Positions 47,054-56,386 of a DNA stretch of 64,000 nt are shown piece by piece. A program made the position numbers and the translations under genes. Below the pieces are notes generated by a model. It saw only the letters and a list, made by a program, of their open reading frames with translations, made no database searches and was not told where the DNA came from. The DNA is taken from positions 62,001 to 126,000 of the forward strand of contig JBBIQV010000002.1 in NCBI GenBank assembly GCA_037442105.1, given 5' to 3'. Position 1 is the first letter of the stretch; every line of letters begins with the position of its first letter. This stretch comes from Nitrospiraceae bacterium (lineage in GTDB: Bacteria; Nitrospirota; Nitrospiria; Nitrospirales; Nitrospiraceae).

Positions 47054-48265
47054 GTGAGCAACCACCTTCATTTCGACTGTTTTTCCGGCATCAGCGGCGA
47101 CATGGTCCTCGGGGCGCTCGTCGATGCCGGGCTTCCCTTCAAGGAGTTAACCGATGGTCTCAAGGGACTCCGCCTGTCCGGGTTCGCTCTGACCCACACG
47201 CATGTCGTGCGCGGCGCACTGCATGCGACGAAGGTCGATGTCCATATCAAGAAAGGATTCGAGAAACCGCTGCCGCTGACTCGAATTAGGCAGATCTTGC
47301 GTGCGAGTACGCTGCCCCAGCCGGTGAAAGAGCGTGCCCGCACCGTATTCGACCATCTGGCGGAGGCGGAGGGGCTGAGCCACGGAGTTCGTCCTAGCCA
47401 CGTCCACTTTCATGAAGTCGCCGTGGTGGATTCGTTCGTGGACGTGGTCGGTGCGGTTCTTGGATGCCATCTCCTGGGAGTCTCGCGCATCACCGCTTCT
47501 CCCGTGAATGTCGGCAGCGGCATTCTCAAGTCGGAGCATGGTCTGTTGCCGGTGCCCGGACCTGCCGTTGCTGCGCTGGCCCGAGGCATCCCGATCTATA
47601 GCGACGGACCGGCGCGGGAACTCACCACGCCGACCGGCATGGCGCTGCTGCGAACGTTGGTCCAGGAATTTTCCCCACTCCCGCTCGTGAGGCCGACCGC
47701 AGTCGGCTATGGCGCCGGCGCCGCTGACCCGAAGAACTGGCCCAACGTCTTGCGTGTGTTCGTCGGACCGGTCGATGCAGCGACCGGCGGCCGGCAGGAT
47801 ACCGTGGTGCAACTGGAGACGAATCTCGACGATCTGAATCCCCAGGCCTATGAATTGGTGATGGAGCGTCTGTTTGGAGCCGGCGCACTGGATGTCACTC
47901 TCACGCCGGTCGTGATGAAACGCGGACGTCCGGGGATCGTCCTGACCGTGTTGGTCTCGCGCGAGAAAACTGAGGCAGCGCTCAACGTCTTGTTTCGGGA
48001 GACGACCGCGCTGGGCGTGCGTGTGCAGGAGGTGCAACGGCGACTCTTGTCTCGGGAATTCGTCATCGTGCGCGTGCGAGGCAGCGATGTGAAAATCAAG
48101 GTGGCTGGAATGGATGGGAACGAGGTAAAGGCGGCACCGGAGTATCTCGACTGCAAACGGATTGCGGAACAGGCAGGTTGCCCGCTGAAGGACGTGATGG
48201 AAGAGGCACTCCTTGCCTACCGGCGCGTGCAAGGCAAAAGTAAAAATGAAAAATTAAAAAGATGA
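47054..48265 (+). CDS. larC: Nickel-pincer cofactor biosynthesis protein LarC
   Basis: DCFSGISGDM, HFHEV, ELTTPTG, ETNLDD, MKRGRPG, PEYLDC. Confidence 0.93.
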   Translation: MSNHLHFDCFSGISGDMVLGALVDAGLPFKELTDGLKGLRLSGFALTHTHVVRGALHATKVDVHIKKGFEKPLPLTRIRQILRASTLPQPVKERARTVFDHLAEAEGLSHGVRPSHVHFHEVAVVDSFVDVVGAVLGCHLLGVSRITASPVNVGSGILKSEHGLLPVPGPAVAALARGIPIYSDGPARELTTPTGMALLRTLVQEFSPLPLVRPTAVGYGAGAADPKNWPNVLRVFVGPVDAATGGRQDTVVQLETNLDDLNPQAYELVMERLFGAGALDVTLTPVVMKRGRPGIVLTVLVSREKTEAALNVLFRETTALGVRVQEVQRRLLSREFVIVRVRGSDVKIKVAGMDGNEVKAAPEYLDCKRIAEQAGCPLKDVMEEALLAYRRVQGKSKNEKLKR

Positions 48266-48311
48266 GAAGCATCGACGATACTTTTGCACTTTTCATTTTG
48301 CATTTTGCATT
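48231..48311. repeat. Heptamer-unit hairpin, family A
   Basis: aaggcaa aagtaaa aatgaaa aattaaa ... ttttgca cttttca ttttgca ttttgca. Confidence 0.85.
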
Positions 48312-48323
48312 GGCAGGCCGCGC

Positions 48324-49328
48324 GTGACCGTTCTGCTGTATGCACTGCTGTTTCTCGTCTCCGTTGCGGTGACCCTGGGCGGCTGCGCACTCTTTACCAA
48401 CGGAATCGAGTGGCTGGGCAAGCGGCTGAAGGTCTCGGAAGGAGCGGTCGGCAGCATCTTTGCTGCGGTGGGAACCACGTTGCCGGAAACCTCGATTCCC
48501 ATTATTGCGATCTTTTTCGGCACAGGGCAGGAACAAACCGAAGTAGGTCTTGGGGCGATCCTCGGGGCGCCCTTCATGCTCAGTACATTGGTATTGCCTA
48601 TCCTGGCGCTGCTCCTCCTTGTCTACGCTCGGCTGGGGAAACGGCCGGCGAGCTTCAAGCTCGATTATCGGGAAGTGCGCACCGACCTTCTTTTTTTTCT
48701 CGTCGGGTACGGACTCGCGCTTGCCTGTGTGTTTGTGCCGTCGAAAGAAGTACATGGAGGGGTCGCCCTATTGTTGATCGGGCTCTACATTTATTATATG
48801 CGTCTCAAATTCTCGGCGACGGACGAGGAGGGAAGTGAGGGTGATTTGGAGCCGCTCTTCTTTGCGCGCAGGGTCGCCATGCCGTCGTTTGCGACGATCG
48901 GGCTCCAAGGATTGGTCGGATTGCTGGGTCTTGCGGGAGGGGCCCATCTGTTTATCACGGCGGCGAAATCTATCGCCGCGGAACTCAGCGTGTCGCCGCT
49001 GCTCTTGGCGCTGCTCATTGCGCCTCTGGCGACGGAACTGCCGGAGATGTCGAATAGCTTTCTCTGGCTCTACCGAAAGAAGGATCGCCTTGCCGTCGGC
49101 AACGTCACCGGGGCGATGGTCTTCCAGGGGTGCTTCCCGGTGTCGGTTGGACTTTTGGGAACCGAGTGGGCATTGGCTTCATCCGCGCTCATGACGATGG
49201 CCCTCGCGATGGTGGCGGTGGGAACCAGCATCCTGCAAATCCTGCTGGGCGGTCACTGGCGCCCGTGGCTTTTGAGCGGATGCGCATTGCTGTACCTGGG
49301 GTATACGATGTATCTGTATGGCTCTTAA
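48324..49328 (+). CDS. Sodium:calcium antiporter (CaCA family)
   Basis: Alpha repeats GTTLPE and ATELPE, GNVTGA; about ten TM helices. Confidence 0.88.
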   Translation: MTVLLYALLFLVSVAVTLGGCALFTNGIEWLGKRLKVSEGAVGSIFAAVGTTLPETSIPIIAIFFGTGQEQTEVGLGAILGAPFMLSTLVLPILALLLLVYARLGKRPASFKLDYREVRTDLLFFLVGYGLALACVFVPSKEVHGGVALLLIGLYIYYMRLKFSATDEEGSEGDLEPLFFARRVAMPSFATIGLQGLVGLLGLAGGAHLFITAAKSIAAELSVSPLLLALLIAPLATELPEMSNSFLWLYRKKDRLAVGNVTGAMVFQGCFPVSVGLLGTEWALASSALMTMALAMVAVGTSILQILLGGHWRPWLLSGCALLYLGYTMYLYGS

Positions 49329-49365
49329 CAAGACCATGGGTGAGAGGCAATAGGCGACGGGGAAG

Positions 49366-50418
49366 ATGAAGAGTACCCCATTGAGGAAGGAAACGAGTAA
49401 GCCCATTCTCGGTCTCACCATGGGGGACCCGGCCGGCATCGGGCCGGAAGTCATCGCTAAGGCTCTGGCCGGTCACGCGCTACGGCGACTGTGCCGTCCG
49501 ATTGTGATCGGATCACTTCCGGTCATGGAGCAGACGATCAAGAGCCTGAAACTCCCATTGAGGATCGTCCGTGTCGGCGGGCATGAAGATCGAGTCTGGA
49601 AACACAACGAGGTGGCGGTGCTCGATCCGCTCGACCAGCCGCTGGGTAAGTTCGCGATGGGGGTGGCCGCGGAGAACACCGGCGCTGCGTCCGTCGCCTT
49701 CATCAAGAAGGGCGTGGAGCTAGCGGAAGCCGGTTGCATCGGCGGCATCGTGACGGCCCCTATTAATAAGGAAGCCATCAATCTGGCCGGTTGGCGCTAC
49801 CCCGGCCATACGGAGCTGCTGGCCGATCTGACGAGGAGCCAGGAAGTCGGCATGATGATCGTGGGTGGGCCGCTCAAGATCATGTTCGTCACGACCCACG
49901 TGGCGATCGACCAGTTGTCCGCGGCGTTGACTCCCGAGCGGATCGTGAAAGCGATCCGGCTCGCGCATCTGGGACTGACCCGGTACTTCGGGATCAAGAA
50001 ACCGAAGATCGGCGTGGCGGCGCTCAACCCGCATGCCGGCGAGCATGGACTGTTCGGGAACGAGGAACAGACGAGCATTCTTCCTGCGGTGCAGCAGGCG
50101 CGTGTGGCCGGCATCCAGGCCAGCGATCCACTGCCGGCCGATACGCTTTTCGGCAAGGCGGCGCGGGGCGGCTTCGACGGGGTGGTGGCCATGTATCACG
50201 ACCAGGGATTGATTCCGCTCAAGCTGATGGCTTTCGGGACATGCGTCAATGTCACGGTCGGGCTGCCGATCATCCGCACGTCTGTGGATCACGGCACAGC
50301 CTACGATATCGCCGGCAAAGGCGTGGCGGATCACGGCAGCCTGGTGGAAGCCGCGCGATTAGCGGCAACGTTGGCGCGGATGCGCACTGCCCGCCGTGGT
50401 GGGGTGCGGAGGAAGTAG
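49366..50418 (+). CDS. pdxA: 4-hydroxythreonine-4-phosphate dehydrogenase
   Basis: GDPAGIGPE, TAPINK, GHTE, LNPHAGE, YHDQG, TSVDHGTA. Confidence 0.95.
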   Translation: MKSTPLRKETSKPILGLTMGDPAGIGPEVIAKALAGHALRRLCRPIVIGSLPVMEQTIKSLKLPLRIVRVGGHEDRVWKHNEVAVLDPLDQPLGKFAMGVAAENTGAASVAFIKKGVELAEAGCIGGIVTAPINKEAINLAGWRYPGHTELLADLTRSQEVGMMIVGGPLKIMFVTTHVAIDQLSAALTPERIVKAIRLAHLGLTRYFGIKKPKIGVAALNPHAGEHGLFGNEEQTSILPAVQQARVAGIQASDPLPADTLFGKAARGGFDGVVAMYHDQGLIPLKLMAFGTCVNVTVGLPIIRTSVDHGTAYDIAGKGVADHGSLVEAARLAATLARMRTARRGGVRRK

Positions 50419-50437
50419 ACGAGTAAGGAGGGGATCG

Positions 50438-50764
50438 ATGTCCGGTGCGGGGAAGGTGGCTCAAGACGTGATTCAGCGGCAGATCAAAGAGCTTGACGAG
50501 ATCGCGAACCGGACGACGATGGACTTGAACACCGTCGCAGGGAGCGAGCGCGTGGCGAAATGGAAGGCAAGAACGGCACCGCTGTTGGCGCAATTCGTGG
50601 GGATGAAAGAAGCACAAGAATTTGTCGACAAACGGCCAGGTCCCTCGTTCACAAACGATCTCCTGGAAGAGTTCAGCGACGAAGTAGATCTCTATCGGAG
50701 CTATCTGGTCGCGTTGTCGAAGAAGGTCGGCGGCGGCCCGGCTGCTGCCTGCGGATCGAGTTAG
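50438..50764 (+). CDS. Hypothetical protein
   Basis: 108 aa ORF with AGGAGG SD, between pdxA and rsmA. Confidence 0.75.
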   Translation: MSGAGKVAQDVIQRQIKELDEIANRTTMDLNTVAGSERVAKWKARTAPLLAQFVGMKEAQEFVDKRPGPSFTNDLLEEFSDEVDLYRSYLVALSKKVGGGPAAACGSS

Positions 50765-50773
50765 TCTGTTCCC

Positions 50774-51568
50774 ATGCCCGCTCGCCTTCCCCCGGCTCTC
50801 AAACGCCTCGGCCAGCATTTCCTCATCGACCAGAACATCGTGCGCAAGATCGTCGCGTTGGCGGCGATTCAGCCCGGCGAGACGATCCTGGAGATCGGCC
50901 CCGGTCGCGGCATTCTTACCGCGGCGATCTGCGCGGTGGCCGAACGGGTTATCGCAGTCGAAATCGACCCCCAACTGTATGCCTATCTCGCAGAAACGTT
51001 CGCAGGTTGCCGGAACCTGGACCTCCGCTGCGGGGATGCCCTGGAGTTAGCGTATGAGTCGCTGCCCGAACGGACGGTGGTCGTGGCGAACCTGCCCTAT
51101 TACGCATCGACTCCGTTGCTGATGAAATTCCTGGAGACGAGAGCCGGTATCACGCGCATGGTGATCATGCTGCAGGCAGAAGTCGCAGAACGACTCATCG
51201 CGAAACCGGGCACGCGCGATTATGGGGTGCTGTCGGTGCTTGCCCAGCGTTGTGCCGAGATCAGTTGGGGATTCCGCGTATCGGCGAATTGCTTCCGCCC
51301 CCGTCCGGAAGTCGCGTCGGCCGTCGTCCGGCTGAACCGGCGTTCCCTTGCGTCGGTCGGCGATGAACCGGATGCCACCTTCGCGCACGTCGTACGCGCG
51401 GCGTTCGCCCATCGCCGCAAAACGTTGGCAAACTCGCTGCGGGACGAAGGATGGGAGCCTGCGCAGATTGCCGCAGCACTCTCCTCCAGCAGGATAGCGC
51501 CCACCTGTCGTGCCGAGAGCTTGACCGTCGATCAATTCGTGACCCTCGCCAAGGCGTTCAGAACATGA
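50774..51568 (+). CDS. rsmA: 16S rRNA m6,2A dimethyltransferase
   Basis: LGQHFL, LEIGPGRG, ANLPY, LQAEVAERL, F.HRRKTL.N. Confidence 0.95.
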   Translation: MPARLPPALKRLGQHFLIDQNIVRKIVALAAIQPGETILEIGPGRGILTAAICAVAERVIAVEIDPQLYAYLAETFAGCRNLDLRCGDALELAYESLPERTVVVANLPYYASTPLLMKFLETRAGITRMVIMLQAEVAERLIAKPGTRDYGVLSVLAQRCAEISWGFRVSANCFRPRPEVASAVVRLNRRSLASVGDEPDATFAHVVRAAFAHRRKTLANSLRDEGWEPAQIAAALSSSRIAPTCRAESLTVDQFVTLAKAFRT

Positions 51569-51674
51569 CCCCTCTCGTTATCCCTCCCTCCGTGCTCCGG
51601 AGGAGCAAGGGGCCCAGCCCGATGCCCCTCCTCGCCCCTTGCCTCGTGCCCGGTAAGCTGCTACCATCCCGCGC

Positions 51675-54107
51675 ATGGGTGTATCCACCACGGCAAAACG
51701 CGGTGACGCCCGCAAGGCTTCTTCTCCGCCTTCTCATCTCCAGCGTGAAGTGATCGGTGTCCTGCTGATCACGGTCAGCCTGCTGACATTGCTGAGCCTG
51801 TTGTCGTTCGTTCCAGACGACGCCAAAGCGTTAGCCGGGTCGGGGGCCTCTACAGCGGGACAACCCAGAAACATGATCGGTGCCGCCGGTGCTGTATGGG
51901 CAGCGATCTGCTTTCATTCGATCGGTGGGGCGGCCTATCTCTTCCCCTTCTTGCTGGGGTTGATGGGGGTGCGTTGCTTCACCCTGAGCCCTTTCACCGT
52001 GCGGCTCAAGAACGGCGCAAGTTCGCTGGCTGCCGTCATGTTCTTGAGCTCGCTCTTCCACCTCGAATTCACCGCCGTTCCGACGATCTCCAGCGGTTTG
52101 GTCAATCGGGGCATGGCGGGTGGCGTCATCGGGCAGTTCATGGCGGAGGGATTGCGCAGTGTGTTCGCCAACACGGGCGCGCATATTCTCGTGTTGGCCG
52201 GGCTCATCGTGTCGTTACTCCTCACCGCACCCATATCGCTCGCGGGGATGGTTCAACGTATGTGGAGGTGGTGGCAAGCGACTCATACGCGCTTGTCGGC
52301 GCTGGCGCTCGAACGAGTGGAAAAGGAAGCTGAGCTTGGTTCACCGAGGCGTGTCAAAAGCAGAGCGGTAAGAGCCAACCGATCGTCCATTACCGACCAG
52401 GCAGAAGAGCCGGCTCCGGTCCAGACTCAGGATCGGGAGATCGAATTGCCGCTCATTCAGCTCCCCGCGAAGCCTGAGAAAAATGGGCCGGATGTTGAAG
52501 AGCGGGCAGCCGAGATGGTGTCCGCCCAGCCTGTGGCGAGCGGGTATCGTTTGCCCAACCAGGCTGAATTGCTCAGTGAACCGTCCGGTCCGTTGGCGCG
52601 GATGACCGATGAGGAGCTGAAAGCCCAGTCCGAAGTATTGACCCGGGCGCTCAAGAGTTTTGCGATTGAGGGGAAGATCACGGAGGTTCGGCCTGGCCCC
52701 GTGGTCACCATGTATGAGTTCGAGCCGGCGCCCGGCACCAAGGTGGCGCGCATCGTCAATCTGGCCGACGATCTGGCGCTGGCGCTGAAAGCCATCAGCC
52801 TCCGCATCGTCGCGCCGCTTCCCGGCAAATCGGTCGTGGGTATTGAAGTTCCGAACCCCTATCGCGAAACGGTCTCCCTCAAAGAAGTCGTGACCAGCGA
52901 CGCCTTCGTACGCTCTCGCTCCAAGCTGACCCTTGCATTGGGGAAAGATATCTTCGGGACGCCCGTCACGGCCGACCTCAAAACGATGCCGCACTTGCTG
53001 GTGGCGGGGGCGACCGGCGCGGGAAAGAGCGTCAGCCTTAATACCATGCTCATGAGCATTCTGTTTGCCGCGCGGCCGGATGAAGTGAAATTGCTGTTGA
53101 TCGATCCCAAAATGTTGGAGTTCCAAACCTACGAGGGCATTCCTCATCTACTGCGACCTGTGATCACCGATCCGAAGTCGGCCGCTCGCGGCTTGGGATG
53201 GGTCGTGCAGGAAATGGAGCGGCGGTACAAGCTGCTGGCCGAAGCTGGAGTCCGCAATATCGACGCCTACAATCGTCAAGTGGCCGAAGCGCAGGGGCTG
53301 TTGCCGGAAAGCTCGACAGGCGGCGGTTCCGCTCAGGCGGAGTTGCCGATGGAGTTCCTCTCGGAAGAAGCCAGGCTTGCGGCCGGCGAGAGTACAGGGA
53401 CGGAGGAAGCGTCGGATGCGACGGGGAGTTCGCCGCCGACCCCGCCGGAGCCATTGCCCTATATTGTCGTGATGATCGATGAGCTGGCCGACCTCATGAT
53501 GGTGGCGCCCAAGGACGTTGAGGACAAGATCGCACGATTGGCACAGATGGCCCGCGCGTCAGGAATCCATCTGGTGCTCGCTACCCAGCGCCCTTCCGTC
53601 GATGTGCTGACCGGACTGATCAAGGCGAACTTCCCGGCCCGGATCGCCTTTCAGGTGTCGTCGAAAACGGATTCTCGCACCATCCTTGATGCGAACGGTG
53701 CGGAAGCGTTGCTCGGACGTGGCGATATGCTGTATCTTGCATCGGGCACTGGCCGGCTGATGCGCCTGCACGGCTCCTTCGTGTCCGATGACGACGTCCG
53801 TCGCGTGGTCGAATTTGTGAAGGACCAGGCGTCGCCAAACTACTGCCAGGAGCTCCAGGCTTTGAAGCGGGAAGAAGCGGCAGAAGAAGAGGCGCAGGAC
53901 GAAGTCTACGAGCAGGCGAAGGATCTTGTTCTCTCGACCGGCCAGGCATCTGCATCGCTGATCCAGCGCCGCCTGCGCGTCGGGTATCCGCGCGCGGCGC
54001 GCATGATCGAGCGGATGGAAGAGGAGGGATTGGTCGGGGCGCCGGGGCGCGATGGGCGGCGGGAAGTGATTGCCCGGAGGGGTGTGGTGGGGGAAGTGCA
54101 GGGATGA
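51675..54107 (+). CDS. ftsK: DNA translocase FtsK
   Basis: N-terminal TM domain, PHLLVAGATGAGKS, IDELADLMM, ATQRPSVDV, C-terminal gamma domain. Confidence 0.97.
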   Translation: MGVSTTAKRGDARKASSPPSHLQREVIGVLLITVSLLTLLSLLSFVPDDAKALAGSGASTAGQPRNMIGAAGAVWAAICFHSIGGAAYLFPFLLGLMGVRCFTLSPFTVRLKNGASSLAAVMFLSSLFHLEFTAVPTISSGLVNRGMAGGVIGQFMAEGLRSVFANTGAHILVLAGLIVSLLLTAPISLAGMVQRMWRWWQATHTRLSALALERVEKEAELGSPRRVKSRAVRANRSSITDQAEEPAPVQTQDREIELPLIQLPAKPEKNGPDVEERAAEMVSAQPVASGYRLPNQAELLSEPSGPLARMTDEELKAQSEVLTRALKSFAIEGKITEVRPGPVVTMYEFEPAPGTKVARIVNLADDLALALKAISLRIVAPLPGKSVVGIEVPNPYRETVSLKEVVTSDAFVRSRSKLTLALGKDIFGTPVTADLKTMPHLLVAGATGAGKSVSLNTMLMSILFAARPDEVKLLLIDPKMLEFQTYEGIPHLLRPVITDPKSAARGLGWVVQEMERRYKLLAEAGVRNIDAYNRQVAEAQGLLPESSTGGGSAQAELPMEFLSEEARLAAGESTGTEEASDATGSSPPTPPEPLPYIVVMIDELADLMMVAPKDVEDKIARLAQMARASGIHLVLATQRPSVDVLTGLIKANFPARIAFQVSSKTDSRTILDANGAEALLGRGDMLYLASGTGRLMRLHGSFVSDDDVRRVVEFVKDQASPNYCQELQALKREEAAEEEAQDEVYEQAKDLVLSTGQASASLIQRRLRVGYPRAARMIERMEEEGLVGAPGRDGRREVIARRGVVGEVQG

Positions 54108-54208
54108 GGCGGTGATGGCTCGGCAGCTCTCTGTGCTCACGCACCCCGCGCTCGGAAGCGCTCGGTGGACGCGCGCAATTGAGAGCTGCCGAGCCATCAC
54201 CGCCTCAT
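54104..54208. mobile_element. 105-bp miniature inverted-repeat element (MITE/REP-like)
   Basis: Perfect 28-bp terminal inverted repeats at 54104-54131 and 54181-54208, with GGG on both flanks. Confidence 0.7.
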
Positions 54209-54939
54209 GGGAATTGAGAGGAGTCAGTATCTGGATACTCGTGCTTTGTGTGTTTGCGGGCATCTCTGGAGCAAGAGCTGTTGTTCAGGCCGCTGATGAG
54301 CCGACCGATGACAAGGCGCTCAAGGAAGCCCAGGAAGTTGTTCGACACATCCAGGCTCGGTACGAGCAGACGAAAGATTTGCAGGCGGACTTTACGCAAA
54401 AAACCAGGATCGAAGGCTTCGCGACACCGGTTTCGTCATCGGGGCGGCTATACATCAAAAAGCCGGGATATCTTCGATGGGACTATCTTGAACCGGCGGT
54501 CGAAGAGATTTACGTGGCGAAAGACGATGTGAAGATGTATGTCCCGGAGCACAAGCAAGTGCTGGTGGGGAAGTTGACGCACATGGCCGCCTCGCAGGCG
54601 CCGCTCCAACTCCTGCAGGGTGTTGCGAGGATCGACGAGGAGTTCGACGTGCAACCGGCGCCTACGAAGGGTAAAAGCGCTGGGAGCGGGAAAGCGGTGA
54701 CGCTGGTGCCGAAAGCGAAAGAAGGCGAGTCGGAACGCCCGCTTCAACGGATTGTCGTGGAAGTCTTTCCGAAGACGTACTTTCTGAAGACCGTGGCGCT
54801 CCATGAAATAAGCGGCAATGTTGCGACGTTTGAATTTTCCGGATTGAAACCCAATACCGGGCTCAAAGATGAGCTCTTCGATTTCAAGGTTCCGGCCGAT
54901 GTGGAAGTAGTGAAAGCCCCGACGCTCAGCCCGCCGTAG
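54115..54939 (+). CDS. lolA: Outer-membrane lipoprotein carrier LolA (start uncertain)
   Basis: LQADFTQ, GRLYIKKPG.LRWDY, LFDFKVP; usual ftsK-lolA synteny. Confidence 0.88.
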   Translation: MARQLSVLTHPALGSARWTRAIESCRAITASWELRGVSIWILVLCVFAGISGARAVVQAADEPTDDKALKEAQEVVRHIQARYEQTKDLQADFTQKTRIEGFATPVSSSGRLYIKKPGYLRWDYLEPAVEEIYVAKDDVKMYVPEHKQVLVGKLTHMAASQAPLQLLQGVARIDEEFDVQPAPTKGKSAGSGKAVTLVPKAKEGESERPLQRIVVEVFPKTYFLKTVALHEISGNVATFEFSGLKPNTGLKDELFDFKVPADVEVVKAPTLSPP

Positions 54940-54955
54940 GAACTGCGAGCAAAGA

Positions 54956-55025
54956 AGCCATCAGCGTTCAGCTCTCAGCCTCGGCGGTTCGGAGGATGCT
55001 GACGGCTGATCGCTGTCTGCTGACA
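54956..55025. repeat. Heptamer-unit hairpin, family B
   Basis: agccatc agcgttc agctctc agc ... gctgacg gctgatc gctgtct gctgaca. Confidence 0.85.
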
Positions 55026-55045
55026 TCTTGATTGAGGTAGCACAG

Positions 55046-55795
55046 ATGGGCACAACAACGACAATAGGGATCACTGAAGCGGTCGAGCAAGCGGTGGCTG
55101 CGATCGATTTCGGTCAAGCACACCGCCGGTATTGGGAGCAGAATGAGTTCGTCTACCTTCCTGCGTTTCTCCCTCGAACGGTGGTGGAAGAACTGCTGGT
55201 TCCGCAAGCCCAATCGGTCAAGTCGGATCTCAACCGGAACTACCTTCCCGGGCACAAGAAGGGCGGCAGTGTCAGCTACTACACGATCATCGACAAGGCG
55301 CCTCATTTCCTGGAGCTCTATCGGTCACAGACCTTTCTCGACTTTCTTCGCAAGCTGACCGAAGCCGGCCTGACGCGTTGTCCTGAAAGCGACCCCCATT
55401 CCTGCGCCCTCTATTATTACACGGAGCCGGGCGACCACATCGGATTTCATTACGACACGTCCTATTACAAAGGTGCGCGGTACACGATCTTGATAGGGCT
55501 CGTCGATCGGTCCAAACAGTGCCGGCTGGTGTGTGAGCTGTATAAAGACGATCCTGTCAAACAGCCGCAACGGATGGAGCTTGCCACCGCGCCGGGCGAT
55601 CTGGTGATTTTTAACGGCGATAAGCTATGGCATGCGGTGACGCCGCTCGGAGATGGGGAGGAACGGATTGTCCTTACCCTGGAGTACGTCACCAACCCGG
55701 AGATGGGACCCTTCAAACGCTTCTATTCCGATCTCAAAGACTCGTTCGCCTACTTCGGCCTCCGCACAGTTTTCGCACGGCGGGACAGGCAGTGA
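55046..55795 (+). CDS. 2OG-Fe(II) oxygenase (resembles the BesD/HalD fold, hydroxylase-type HxD)
   Basis: GDHIGFHYD...LWHAVTPL...ERIVL: facial triad H-x-D...H plus the 2OG-binding Arg. Confidence 0.8.
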   Translation: MGTTTTIGITEAVEQAVAAIDFGQAHRRYWEQNEFVYLPAFLPRTVVEELLVPQAQSVKSDLNRNYLPGHKKGGSVSYYTIIDKAPHFLELYRSQTFLDFLRKLTEAGLTRCPESDPHSCALYYYTEPGDHIGFHYDTSYYKGARYTILIGLVDRSKQCRLVCELYKDDPVKQPQRMELATAPGDLVIFNGDKLWHAVTPLGDGEERIVLTLEYVTNPEMGPFKRFYSDLKDSFAYFGLRTVFARRDRQ

Positions 55796-55864
55796 ACAGC
55801 GAATAGCGGGCAGCGAGTAGCTGCTAGCTCTAAGCTGTTCGCTATTCGCTGCCAGCTCTCCGCT
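55791..55864. repeat. Heptamer-unit hairpin, family C, between convergent genes
   Basis: agtgaac agcgaat agcgggc agcgagt agc ... gctgttc gctattc gctgcca gctctcc gct. Confidence 0.85.
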
Positions 55865-55866
55865 CA

Positions 55867-56304
55867 TTACGCCACGAAGTGGTCCCTGAACAAGGTGTGG
55901 GATCCGACCGATTGCCGGATGACCTTCAGTAACGGATCCTTTGCGACCGGCTTCACAAGGTAGGCCGCGATGCCCATCTTCATCAGGGACACCGCCAGCT
56001 CGACGTCCGGGTAGCCGGTGAGCACAACGACCGGTACGGAAGGATAGTGGTGCCGAAAATACTTGATGGCGTCTACGCCATTGATGTGCGGCATCCGGAT
56101 ATCACAGAGAATAGTGTCCACCAGGAGCGGGTTGTCTCCTCCGTTCAACGTCTGAATCGCTTGCGCTCCATCCTCCGCCTCGATCACGTCGTAGCCGGCT
56201 TTTTTCAACGCCAGGCAGATCGGCTTCCTCACCGGAGCTTCGTCGTCGACGACGAGTACGCGCCCTTCCGATCCGGTCATGGTGTTATAGGTGTCGGGTG
56301 TCAT
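55867..56304 (-). CDS. Single-domain response regulator
   Basis: VLVVDDE, LCDIRMP, LTG, YLVKP. Confidence 0.9.
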   Translation of the reverse strand: MTPDTYNTMTGSEGRVLVVDDEAPVRKPICLALKKAGYDVIEAEDGAQAIQTLNGGDNPLLVDTILCDIRMPHINGVDAIKYFRHHYPSVPVVVLTGYPDVELAVSLMKMGIAAYLVKPVAKDPLLKVIRQSVGSHTLFRDHFVA

Positions 56305-56320
56305 GATCGACCTCCCTTTT

Positions 56321-56350
56321 CGTACATAGCTTCAACGTACATAGCTTCAA
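56321..56350. repeat. Perfect 15-bp tandem duplication
   Basis: cgtacatagcttcaa twice in a row. Confidence 0.9.
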
Positions 56351-56386
56351 ATTGGCAGCGATCAGCTCGCGCGATGAACCTCATGA

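Noticed and set aside
47054..48265. Programmed frameshift in larC
   Set aside because: Both LarC domains are in one continuous reading frame.
53270..53455. Intein or mobile insertion in the FtsK motor domain
   Set aside because: It is a short acidic/Pro-rich segment without intein termini, at a position where FtsK proteins vary in length.
55046..55795. BesD/HalD-type halogenase
   Set aside because: The metal motif is H-x-D; halogenases have Gly or Ala in place of the carboxylate.
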